NCBI GenBank assembly: GCA_026991575.1
Contig: JALXBF010000162.1
Location: 1-39,564 of the forward strand
DNA: 39,564 nt
Direction of reading: 5' to 3'
DNA from: Planctomycetota bacterium
GTDB taxonomy: Bacteria > Planctomycetota > Planctomycetia > JALXBF01
Shown: piece after piece, positions 1 to 8,720 of the stretch
Position numbering within the stretch: position 1 is the stretch's first letter
How the letters are laid out: the number at the start of each line of letters is the position of its first letter
Made by a program: the position numbers and the translations under genes
Notes under the pieces: model-generated
Told to the model about the DNA's origin: nothing
The model's input: only the letters and a program-made list of their open reading frames with translations
Database searches by the model: none

Positions 1-452
1 CGCCAGGCACCGATGTGCGTGTCTATGGGGCGTTGGCGCTAGAGCACGGTACTCGGCGGTTGGTCGCGGTGTGGGGGCGGCGGAAAGATGCCGCTCTGTT
101 TCGGTCGTTGCTGGCGCGACTGGATCGGGTCTACGCGAAGAGGCGTAGGATCCACGTTGTGCTGGACAACGCTGCGATTCACAAGTCGAAGGCTGTGCGT
201 GAGTATCTCCAGCAAAAAGGCGACCGATTCAAGCTCTGGTTCCTTCCGCCGTTCTGTCCTGATGCGAATCCGGTCGAACTCGAATGGCAGGCCTTTGATG
301 CGGCAGTGACGGTCTTGCACAGCCGTGTCGACATCGACACTCTGATCGCCGACGCCAGCCGTTACCTTGCCAATCGCTCCCGATCCAACACACTACGTCA
401 CCGCGATCATCCGTGGGACTGGAAACCTACTGCTTCGCCTGTGCCCTCGTAA
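1..452 (+). mobile_element. IS630-family DDE transposase, C-terminal part (truncated by the window edge)
   Basis: Frame is open back to the left edge. It carries IS630/DDE_3 motifs VYGAL, VVLDNAAIHKS and FLPPFCPDANPVE.EW. Stop TAA at 450-452. Confidence 0.85.
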
Positions 453-475
453 GCTATATGGAAAACCGTTTAGTA
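453..475. repeat. putative right end (terminal IR) of the IS630 element, with flanking TA
   Basis: AT-rich GCTATATGGAAAACCGTTTAG-TA directly after the transposase stop. IS630 elements insert at TA. The partner IR is outside the window, so the boundary is unverified. Confidence 0.35.
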
Positions 476-583
476 ACCATGGCTGGGTGGCGTTCAGAAA
501 CGGCAAGAGTCGAGGTCAGAACCACGTGCACAAGAGGTAGGAGCGACCGGCGTGATGGCAGCGTTGCTCGCCGCGTCGCAGCG

Positions 584-1651
584 TTACCGTACCTCCACTT
601 GCATCTGACGAAGCGCTTCATAGACCGCATAGCGCCGTAGCTCGGCACGCTCCGCCGCCAATGCTCTGAGTTGTCTGATCAGTCCTGGTCGACCTTCATG
701 ACCAAACAGGACCGCTCGCTCCAGATCGAGTAACATCCCCTGTAGTTCCGCGGCCAATCTCCCGGCAGGATCCAACGCCCAGTGCACGGCATAGTCGATT
801 GCTATCGCCAGGAGCAGGGCAATCCAAAACCTCCAACTGCCTCGCTTGACCACGGCGGCCAACTTCCTGGACCGCGCAGCGACTCGGGACACGACGTAGA
901 ACAATGCGCGCTCCACGACTTCTGTGGCCAGCAGCACTGCCAGTTCGCGCGTCAGCGTCTCGAGCGGAACCTGGCCGAGCCTGGCAAGCATCGCGTTCCA
1001 GCACTCCCGCAGCTCGCCCTTCACGGTTTCCAGAAGCTGCTGCTTCTGGTCGGCCGAGAGCGTCGGGCTTTCCACCTGGATGTCGAGCGCCAGCTGGACA
1101 AGCAGCTCCGCTTCTGCGTCAATCTGCGCCTGAACGACGCGTTCGATCGAGCTGTGGATCAGCAAATTGAGCTCTTCGCCGGACAGCACCTGCTGCTCGA
1201 ACTTGCGTTGCAAGTCTTCGCGTCCATACCACAAGTACCGCAGCGCCGTCCACAGCGAGACCGCCTCCTCAGCAAATGCCGGCACGCTCGCTCTGGCTTC
1301 GCGGAAGAACCGGTGGATGTCGCGGCGCGCGTCGGTGATGGCTGCCTGAACAGTCCGTTCGCACTCGGCCAGGTGGCGCTCGACCGCGTCACGCCGGATA
1401 ACGAGTGTTGGCCCGGGTGGCTCAGCGACTTCGGTGCCAGTCACTGCAGCCTGTGGCGTGGCGGGCTGAAGGGGCACCACGTTGGGGCGGGCCAGCCAGA
1501 ACAGAACCCAGCCCACGATGGCCAGAATTCCCAGCAGCACGCATATCTTCGAAGCGACACGCATCTTGACGGAGCACATCTCCTGGATCTCTGCTCGCGT
1601 CTCCCTTGTGGAGTAGTTGTTGCGACGCGTGCTCTTCTGGGCCTTGGGCAT
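584..1651 (-). CDS. hypothetical helical membrane protein (N-terminal TM and C-terminal hydrophobic segments)
   Basis: ATG at 1651 with GAGGTG RBS at 1666-1661 (ORF track starts at 1735). TM ICVLLGILAIVGWVLFWLA, a long helical body, and a second hydrophobic stretch FWIALLLAIAIDYAVHWAL. Confidence 0.75.
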   Translation of the reverse strand: MPKAQKSTRRNNYSTRETRAEIQEMCSVKMRVASKICVLLGILAIVGWVLFWLARPNVVPLQPATPQAAVTGTEVAEPPGPTLVIRRDAVERHLAECERTVQAAITDARRDIHRFFREARASVPAFAEEAVSLWTALRYLWYGREDLQRKFEQQVLSGEELNLLIHSSIERVVQAQIDAEAELLVQLALDIQVESPTLSADQKQQLLETVKGELRECWNAMLARLGQVPLETLTRELAVLLATEVVERALFYVVSRVAARSRKLAAVVKRGSWRFWIALLLAIAIDYAVHWALDPAGRLAAELQGMLLDLERAVLFGHEGRPGLIRQLRALAAERAELRRYAVYEALRQMQVEVR

Positions 1652-2098
1652 ACGGTTGCTCACCTCTTGACCTCGCCTGCCGGCAACCCCCGTCTTCCAG
1701 TGATACGGCCACGCGAGCGGAATCCTGACAAGCATCGCCTGACGTGCTGGCCCCCGTACGGGCTGAGCCGCTTACTCGCCGACCGCTGACCTCGTGCTCA
1801 GACGAAGCAAACGTTACGCAGGTGGCGAGCGGACGCGGGGCCGGAGGCGAGCGCCTCGGTAGATGACCGAGCCCAACCCTCCCGGCAAGACCGCCACGTG
1901 GGACGATCGGAAGACGGGCTACCTGGCATCGGTCTGCCGAAGAGCAGTCGCTGCGTGCCGGTCCCGCGGTGAGCAGGTGTCTGCAAGCGGATCAGAACGG
2001 CATTTCGGTCAGCGCGTGGTGTGTCCGACCGGTCTTCAAGCCGGCCCAACAGCAAGTGTCCGCGGTCGACTCGTGTGGCCGTGACCGCCGCCTGCGGC

Positions 2099-3598
2099 CT
2101 AGAAGAACTTCTCCGGCAGGCTTTCCACGAGCTGAGTTGCTTTCGATCCGCTGACGGTCACCGTTACGGTCCTGCCGCTGCCGGAGATGTAAGTCGCATA
2201 AGAGACGTCCCTGAGGCCGGCGGCGTGCCGCCTGAGCATTACCTCGACGCGTTGCCTGGCCACGTCTCTCGGCACACCGTCGGGGACAGCGGCCACGATC
2301 ACGTAATGCGTGCCCAAATCTACGATACACGTTTCCCAGCCGTTCGCACGATGCAGCTCCTGGAACCACTCAAGGATCCTCACCTTGCGGTCGCTCGACG
2401 TGTAGGGGCTCAGCTGACGGCCTGCGGTTGTCCTCGGCTGGCAAAAGCCTGGAAGAGCGTGCATCGATTGCCAGTGACGCAACGCCGCATCGACCCGCCT
2501 GGCAACGTCGGTCAGATTGGTGAGCCCCAGGAAACGGGCGAGGTTCTCGCAAAGGCAGCAAAAATCGCGGGCGTCCAGCACATCGAGGCTACGCGAGCGT
2601 AGCAGGCTCTTTTCCACGTCCGGAATCACTCGGTTTGGGCGCACGAACAGGTACTTCGCTGCCAGACCGCCCAGTTCCCGCCGCGTTGCATCCGCCTGGC
2701 GGTACTCTTCCGAAATGGGCCGCTCCTTGCTGACGAGCTTACAGTCAATGATGTGGACTCTGCCATTGCAGTTGACGACGATGTCCACCTCCTGATCCAC
2801 GCGGCCTTGCCTGGACCGCTTGACATTGGTCGCGATCTGGCTGCTGGGATTCTTCAGACCAAGCTGGCGGATGCAGGCGGCCAGGAACATCTCAAAAAGG
2901 AACCCGGGCTGCTTGGATGGACGCTGGCCAGCTTGTCGAAAAGCGACCGTCCAGATGTCTTCCTCCGGGCTTTGCAGGTCTGCTCTTGCCGGCAAGTGCC
3001 GGGCGATCTCGTCAACGGGCAGGTCCGGCACATCCTCGCCATACTCGATCACAGCGCCGTCGCCGGCCCAAAGAGCTTCGATCAACGTCCGCACGGGAAC
3101 GGAGTCGGTGATGGAGCGGGGCGGACTCCACGGCACCGCGCGGATTGCCCGGCCGTCTTCGGCTCGCTCAAGGACATACCACGTGCCACTCAGCTCACCG
3201 TAGACGGTAAAGGTGTTCGGCTCGCCTACGAAGCGCAAGATACCGGCCGTCATCAGCTTGGTGCCACCGGTTGCATTGAGCAGCCAGGTTGCGTTGGCCT
3301 GGCTCTTGAGCCATCGACCGACGCAACGCGTGACGTCGACAGGTTGCATGCCCCCTTGACGAAGCTCTGCGGTGACACCAAAGTGCTCACGTGCGATGCG
3401 TGCCAGTGCCCGCGCCGGCTGCGCCGAGCGACGTTCGTCGTCGGTGTGGTAGATGTAGACCCGTTCGAGCCAGGCATACGGCAGCTCGGTTCCGAAGAAG
3501 CACATCGAGGCAATGTTCGGCCAAAGCTGCTCGCTGGCAAGCACCACGAGCCTAACGGGGCCGCGGACGCTATGGAGGGCTTGCACAGGGGTCGTCAT
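2099..3598 (-). CDS. CARF-domain / PD-(D/E)xK nuclease, Card1/Can2 (DUF1887)-like, with C-terminal extension
   Basis: CARF motifs LVVLASEQLWPN (aa 17-28) and LNATGGTKLM (aa 107-116). Nuclease motifs GFLFE (E236), QEVDIV (E270/D272), IIDCK (D285/K287) and LGG (309-311). GGAAGG RBS-like sequence upstream. Confidence 0.8.
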   Translation of the reverse strand: MTTPVQALHSVRGPVRLVVLASEQLWPNIASMCFFGTELPYAWLERVYIYHTDDERRSAQPARALARIAREHFGVTAELRQGGMQPVDVTRCVGRWLKSQANATWLLNATGGTKLMTAGILRFVGEPNTFTVYGELSGTWYVLERAEDGRAIRAVPWSPPRSITDSVPVRTLIEALWAGDGAVIEYGEDVPDLPVDEIARHLPARADLQSPEEDIWTVAFRQAGQRPSKQPGFLFEMFLAACIRQLGLKNPSSQIATNVKRSRQGRVDQEVDIVVNCNGRVHIIDCKLVSKERPISEEYRQADATRRELGGLAAKYLFVRPNRVIPDVEKSLLRSRSLDVLDARDFCCLCENLARFLGLTNLTDVARRVDAALRHWQSMHALPGFCQPRTTAGRQLSPYTSSDRKVRILEWFQELHRANGWETCIVDLGTHYVIVAAVPDGVPRDVARQRVEVMLRRHAAGLRDVSYATYISGSGRTVTVTVSGSKATQLVESLPEKFF

Positions 3599-3950
3599 GG
3601 ATCACTTTCCCTTCCGCTGCACACCGACGGTTGCGCACTACGCTTGGAGTTGGGTTCCGTCTGTGCGAGTTTTCGGAGCCACGGCCGCGGCCGTCGTCTA
3701 CAGGCATCCCCGTGCCGCCGGTGCCGTTGCTCTCCAGGACGCCTACCAGTCTAGCCTGTGCCGGTGGCGAACCACCAAGCCGCGCAGAGCCGAGTCGGTT
3801 CCTTTTGTGTATGCCCACCGCTGCTGCGACCGCGGGCCTGAGCGCAGGCTTTCGCCGTCCGCTGCAACAGGGGAGTAGCCGCTGGAGTCCTTAGCAAGCG
3901 TGACCGGGGCGATGCTGCGGGCGCCGCCAGGAGAACTGTGGTCTGCTAAC

Positions 3951-5384
3951 CTAAGCCAGTACCTCACGCACAACCCGGCCGCCGTCGACCGTGGCGCGTT
4001 CGTCACGCCCGTTTAGCAGGAAAGTTACCTTGCGATGGTCCAGGCCGAGCAGGTACATGATCGTTGCGTGCAGGTCGTGGACGTGTACCGGGTTCTCGAC
4101 AGCGTACAGACCGATCTCGTCGGTGGCCCCCACGACGTGACCCCCGCGTACTCCACCGCCGGCGAGCCACACGGTGAAGCCGTACGGGTTATGGTCGCGG
4201 CCGTTGCCCTTTTCACTCATGGGTGTCCGACCGAATTCACCCCCCCAGATGATCAGCGTCTCCTCTAGCAGGCCGCGTCGTTCCAGGTCCGTTAGCAGTG
4301 CGGCGATCGGTCGGTCGCACGAGCGGCAGCGGGCGGAGTGGTTGGCTTCCAGGTTAGAGTGTGCATCCCACCTGCTGCCCGAGCCGCAGTACAGTTGCAC
4401 GAAGCGAACGCCCCGCTCGACCAGCCGTCGAGCCAGCAGGCAGTTGCGTCCAAACGCAGCGGTGGCCGGATTGTCGACGCCGTACAGTTCGAGCGTCTCG
4501 CGCGTCTCGCGGCTGAGGTCAACGGCCTCCGGAGCAGCCGCCTGCATCCGGTATGCTAGCTCGTAGCTACGGATCCTCGCCTCCAGCAGCGTGTCGTCGC
4601 CGCGGCGCGCGAGATGCTCCTCGTTCACCGCTCGCAGGAAATCGAGCTGCGATCGGACCCGCCGACGGCTAACGCCCGCCGGGGGATTCAAGTACAGGAT
4701 CGGTGACCCGCTCGGGCGTAGCCTCGTGCCCTGGTAGCTCGCAGGAAGGAAGCCGGCACCCCAGTTCTTGGTTCCACCGGGCGGATCGGCACCGTCCAGC
4801 AGCACGACGAACGCGGGCAGGTTCTCGTTCTCGGTACCCAGCCCATAGCTGACCCAGGCACCCAGACTGGGGCGGCCCGGCAGGACGGCGCCCGTGTTCA
4901 TCTGCGACACGCTGCCGACGTGGTTCAAGCCATTAGCCCAGCAGGAACGGATGACGCAGAGCTTGTCCGCGTGCTGCGAAAGGCACGGGAACCAGTCCGA
5001 GATCTCGATGCCGCTTTCACCACACTTGCGGAACGTGCGCCGACTGGCCATCAGCTTGTTGTTCGACACCCCCATCGGCGTGATCGGCACCTTGAAGCTG
5101 GCCGGCAGTTTCTGACCGTCCAGTTTGGCCAACGTCGGTTTCGGATCGAAGGTGTCCAGGTGACTTGGGCCGCCATCCATGAACAGCCAGATCACCGCGC
5201 GGGCCCGGGGACGCACGTGCGGTAGCCGCACGTCGGCTCCAACGTCGCGGGCTAGCAGATCGGCCAGGGCCATGGCGCCAAAGCCCGACCCGGCGCGCAG
5301 CAGAAACTCACGTCGGCTGAAAACCGGTACGCGGTGTGGCGGATGGCTCGAAGACCGGTCGGTGAACAAAGGACCGTCGCTCAT
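3951..5384 (-). CDS. DUF1501 domain protein (planctomycete, Tat-like signal)
   Basis: SRREFL twin-arginine motif. Family motifs IWLFMDGGPSHLDTFDPKP, ARRLVERGVRFVQL, WGGEFGRTP and GRDHNP. Confidence 0.92.
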   Translation of the reverse strand: MSDGPLFTDRSSSHPPHRVPVFSRREFLLRAGSGFGAMALADLLARDVGADVRLPHVRPRARAVIWLFMDGGPSHLDTFDPKPTLAKLDGQKLPASFKVPITPMGVSNNKLMASRRTFRKCGESGIEISDWFPCLSQHADKLCVIRSCWANGLNHVGSVSQMNTGAVLPGRPSLGAWVSYGLGTENENLPAFVVLLDGADPPGGTKNWGAGFLPASYQGTRLRPSGSPILYLNPPAGVSRRRVRSQLDFLRAVNEEHLARRGDDTLLEARIRSYELAYRMQAAAPEAVDLSRETRETLELYGVDNPATAAFGRNCLLARRLVERGVRFVQLYCGSGSRWDAHSNLEANHSARCRSCDRPIAALLTDLERRGLLEETLIIWGGEFGRTPMSEKGNGRDHNPYGFTVWLAGGGVRGGHVVGATDEIGLYAVENPVHVHDLHATIMYLLGLDHRKVTFLLNGRDERATVDGGRVVREVLA

Positions 5385-5426
5385 GCTAGTTGCTTCCGTC
5401 GGTACTGTTGCGACCGATGGTGGGCG

Positions 5427-7715
5427 TCAGTCAATGAACACGAACTCATTGGCGTTCAGTAACGCCAGGCAGAAATCTACCCACGCCGCGGCCGTCGCCG
5501 GCTCAATTCCGTCGATGCCCCCGTCTGGGCCAACGTACGGGACGAGTTTGCCGTTTCCATCCGCCGACTCGGCCGCGATCAATTCCCTTTGCCGCGCAAT
5601 GAACGCCAGCGCACGGCTCAGCTCTGCACGATCCGGCGGCCGGCCGAACGCCAGCCAGTAGGCTCGCTCGACGGCTGCGCCATCGCAAGAGCCTGCCGCG
5701 CGGTGCTGGAGGATCCGCCGCGCAAAATCCGCGGCGCACCGCCGTGCAAACCGGCTGTTGAGCAGATAGTGGGCCTGGGGGGGCGTGATGGTCACCGAGC
5801 GCCGCGTGCACGGTTCGTTGGCGTCCGGGAAGTCGAACGCTTCCAACAGCGGGTGGCGGAGGTTACGCCGTACCAGCAGGTAGACCGAACGACGCTGCCG
5901 CTGGGCCCTTTCAGCGGTCGGCTTCCAGGCGTACGTCTGGCTGATTCCCTCCGGCAGTTCCGGCCGCACCGCAGGGCCGAACATTTGCAGGTTCAACGTG
6001 CCGGCGACCGCAAGCATCGCATCCCGGATCGCTTCGCCAGTGAGCCGCTTGCGGTTCATCCGCCACAGGAGCCGGTTATCAGGGTCGGTCTGCCGGTTGG
6101 TCTCCGATGCCGCCTTGAGCCGTGGTATGGAGCTGCGGCGATAGGTGGCGGAGGTGACGATCAGCCGCAGGGTTCGTTTGATGTTCCAGCCGGAGTCGAT
6201 GAAGTAGTGCGCGAGCCAGTCGAGAAGCTCCGGGTGGGAAGGGGGGCTAGCTCGGCTACCGAAGTCTTCGGAGGTTTCCACCAGGCCCCGCCCGAACAGA
6301 TGCTGCCAGAGCCGGTTTACGAACACCCGGGCTGTCAGGGGATTGTCAGCGGAGGCAATCCACCGCGCCAGCGCCGTTCTGCGACCGCTGGAGCGGTAGT
6401 CTTCAAAGACCACCGGGTGGATCTCCGGCTGATGCGTGCCGCCCGCCAGTGCGCGCGGAAAAGCCGGCTCGACTGCCCGCAACGGTGCTCGCGCATTGCC
6501 GCGGGCCAGCACAAAGCAGACAGGCGGCGTGCTGACTTCGCGCACCGTCATCATCTCTGGCAGTTCGGGCGGCTTCAGGTGGGCGAATGCGTCCAGTCTT
6601 GCCTTCAACTTCTCCCACCGCTTGCGATCCTGCTTGTTCATCCGGCCTACCAAGTCGGCGGTGCTGATCTCCAGTTGGTTTCGAGCCAACGCGTACAGTT
6701 GCCGCTGCACAGGGGTGCGCTTCTCGGGTGGGGTGTCGATGGCCTTCTGAACGTCCGGGGGAAACTTGGCCCGAGCGTCCTCGAAGTGCCGCTGCCGGTA
6801 GGGCGCCTCGATGGCAGCCATCTGGCGGCGAATGGCAGCCGTGGCCGCTTCCCATGCCGCCTGCCGTGCACGATATCGCCGCAGCTCCTCGACAGACCCG
6901 ACCAACCGGTCCTCCGGCTGCACGGCGGCAAAAAAGGCTTGGAACGCATAGTAGTCCTCTTGCGTCAACGGGTCGTACTTGTGCTCATGGCACCGGGCGC
7001 ACTTCAGCGTCAACCCCAGGAACGCAGTTGCTGTCGTATCGGTAAGCTCGTTCAGAATGTCCTGCCGCCGACGCACCAGATCACGCTGGTTGTCCTCAAA
7101 CGGCCAGTGCCTCAGATACGCCGTGGCCGCGACGGCGTCACGGTCGTACGGGGCCACTTCATCGCCGGCGAGCTGCAACAGCACGAACTGGTCGTAGGGC
7201 AGGTTCGCGTTGAATGCCCGGATGACCCAGTCGCGGTAGCGGTATGCCAAAGGACGCAGCGCGTCCCGTTTGAAACCATCGCTATCGGCGTAGCGCACAA
7301 CGTCGAGCCAGTGCCGCGCCCATTTCTCGCCGAAGCGCGGCGAAGCCAGCAGACGATCCACAAGCCGTTCGTACCGATCTGGCCGACGGTCGCGCAGGAA
7401 CGCCCGCACGACCGCCGGGTCGGGGGGTAGACCGATGAGGTCAAAGTGGACGCGCCGCACGAGCACCACAGCGTCGGCTTCGCCCCATGGCTTCAGCCCG
7501 GCCAGGGCCAGCCGGTAGAGGACAAAGGCATCGACCGGGTCCGACGCAGGCAGCTCAGCTCCGACCCGCGGCGGCGGTGCGACGACAACCGGTCGGAAAG
7601 CCCAGGGCAAGTTGGCCTCAGTGGTCGGCGGGGTTCCGGAAGCGCTCCGGGAACCAACCAGCCAGACGCAGACGACGGCAACCGGGACTCGCCAGGCAGT
7701 CGCACCACAGCGCAT
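5427..7715 (-). CDS. DUF1549/DUF1553 (PSCyt2/PSD1) domain protein
   Basis: Motifs GEKWARHWLDVVRYADS, LGLTLKCARCHEHKYDP, NPLTARVFVNRLWQHLFGRGLV and PSHPELLDWLA. Lies directly upstream of the DUF1501 gene, the usual pairing. Start uncertain: ATG 7715 gives a signal-like N-terminus, while the ORF extends to 7811. Confidence 0.9.
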   Translation of the reverse strand: MRCGATAWRVPVAVVCVWLVGSRSASGTPPTTEANLPWAFRPVVVAPPPRVGAELPASDPVDAFVLYRLALAGLKPWGEADAVVLVRRVHFDLIGLPPDPAVVRAFLRDRRPDRYERLVDRLLASPRFGEKWARHWLDVVRYADSDGFKRDALRPLAYRYRDWVIRAFNANLPYDQFVLLQLAGDEVAPYDRDAVAATAYLRHWPFEDNQRDLVRRRQDILNELTDTTATAFLGLTLKCARCHEHKYDPLTQEDYYAFQAFFAAVQPEDRLVGSVEELRRYRARQAAWEAATAAIRRQMAAIEAPYRQRHFEDARAKFPPDVQKAIDTPPEKRTPVQRQLYALARNQLEISTADLVGRMNKQDRKRWEKLKARLDAFAHLKPPELPEMMTVREVSTPPVCFVLARGNARAPLRAVEPAFPRALAGGTHQPEIHPVVFEDYRSSGRRTALARWIASADNPLTARVFVNRLWQHLFGRGLVETSEDFGSRASPPSHPELLDWLAHYFIDSGWNIKRTLRLIVTSATYRRSSIPRLKAASETNRQTDPDNRLLWRMNRKRLTGEAIRDAMLAVAGTLNLQMFGPAVRPELPEGISQTYAWKPTAERAQRQRRSVYLLVRRNLRHPLLEAFDFPDANEPCTRRSVTITPPQAHYLLNSRFARRCAADFARRILQHRAAGSCDGAAVERAYWLAFGRPPDRAELSRALAFIARQRELIAAESADGNGKLVPYVGPDGGIDGIEPATAAAWVDFCLALLNANEFVFID

Positions 7716-8134
7716 GATCACGTCCAAGGGCTGAGCGTTCCGTTCCGGCGTCGCGTAAGCGAGGACTCGACGAGGTCGATCACGAACGCCTGCAGCGTCG
7801 CGAAGCATCAAGCCAGCCTTATGTTAGGATCTGACCGCGATGGATGCAATTCGATTCGCACGCCCGGTCGCTGCGGGCGGTCGAGTGGTTGACGGCGGTC
7901 GTACGCCGGAGCATCTTGATCGGCCGGTTGCGTGGTCGGGAACGGTCCCGCTCCGCCCGGTCGTGCCGTCCGGCGCATTCGGCGTGGTTGCTCGGAAGGG
8001 GCCTCAGAAAGCGATTTGGCCTGGTGGTGTGGGGCATCGATGCGCGGGCCGCGCGCCAGCGTCGCGACTCGTGGTAATCGACCTGCTGTCGGCGTGGGGG
8101 TACCGCTGCAGACGGGCAGCGACTCGGCCGACGC

Positions 8135-8182
8135 AAAAAAAATCCCGACCGTCGGGCCGGGGGGAAACCCAAACGGTCGGGA
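8135..8182 (-). terminator. intrinsic terminator
   Basis: Perfect 10-bp inverted repeat TCCCGACCGT (8143-8152) / ACGGTCGGGA (8173-8182), followed on the minus strand by an 8-U tract (A8 at 8135-8142). Confidence 0.75.
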
Positions 8183-8311
8183 CGACCACCTGTCCCCTCC
8201 GTGGGTTCGCTACAGGACTGCTTGCTGTCAGCGCTAGCAGAGTCTCGGGTGAGGTTCGCTGAGCACTTCGGTTTTGGAGTCTGGTGTCGGTGGCTTTCCT
8301 CTAGGTGACAC
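8135..8311 (-). ncRNA. candidate small RNA or regulatory leader (~175 nt)
   Basis: Bounded by a sigma54-like promoter (8337-8323) and the terminator above. No convincing ORF inside. Internal repeat AGCGAACC twice. Confidence 0.4.
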
Positions 8312-8322
8312 CTCCGACTCGA

Positions 8323-8337
8323 ACAAACAGCGTGCCA
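8323..8337 (-). promoter_or_regulatory. sigma54 (-24/-12)-like promoter
   Basis: Minus strand TGGCACG-CTGT-TTGT versus consensus TGGCACG-N4-TTGC. Spacing is exact, with one mismatch at the -12 C. Confidence 0.5.
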
Positions 8338-8720
8338 TGGGATCCAAACGACAGCGACGAGATGGCGCAACTGGCCACTAACCAGCGTAAGCCGTGAGAC
8401 TTGAGAACAGCAACCGGCGGGCAACCGCCGGCTCCAGCATCCGCCAGCCACAGTGAACTGTTGCCCCACGGCAACAGCGCCAGGCTGCGCGGGGGCAGCG
8501 CACGTTGTGATCGGGCAACGCCAGCGGTAGCTGCGGTGGTCTGTACCATCCTGCTGCGGACTCTCGTTGCATTCTCCGGGCACCGCTCCTACTAGTCGTG
8601 CAATCGGCGCAATGGTTCACGCTGCACCAGCTACTTTCTCCCGTCCAGCCGCCGCGAACTGGCTCCCGATCCGTTTCGTCCTTAGATGTGTACGATGGCT
8701 CGGTCCTTCCTCGGAGAAGC

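Noticed and set aside
782..1789. 335-aa plus-strand ORF
   Set aside because: Antisense shadow of the 584-1651 membrane-protein gene, with no motifs. Expected in GC-rich DNA.
3704..3717. sigma54-like motif upstream of the CARF gene (CGGCACG-GGG-ATGC, minus strand)
   Set aside because: The GG-to-GC spacing is one base short, and RpoN spacing is strict.
2753..3754. 333-aa plus-strand ORF
   Set aside because: Antisense to the motif-bearing CARF gene, with no recognisable features.
5589..7430. 613-aa plus-strand ORF
   Set aside because: Antisense shadow of the DUF1549/DUF1553 gene.
7819..8583. 254-aa and 61-aa (8004-8189) minus-strand ORFs in the intergenic gap
   Set aside because: Arg/Pro/Ser-rich with no motifs, and both run through the terminator hairpin and U-tract. 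A short peptide cannot be fully excluded.
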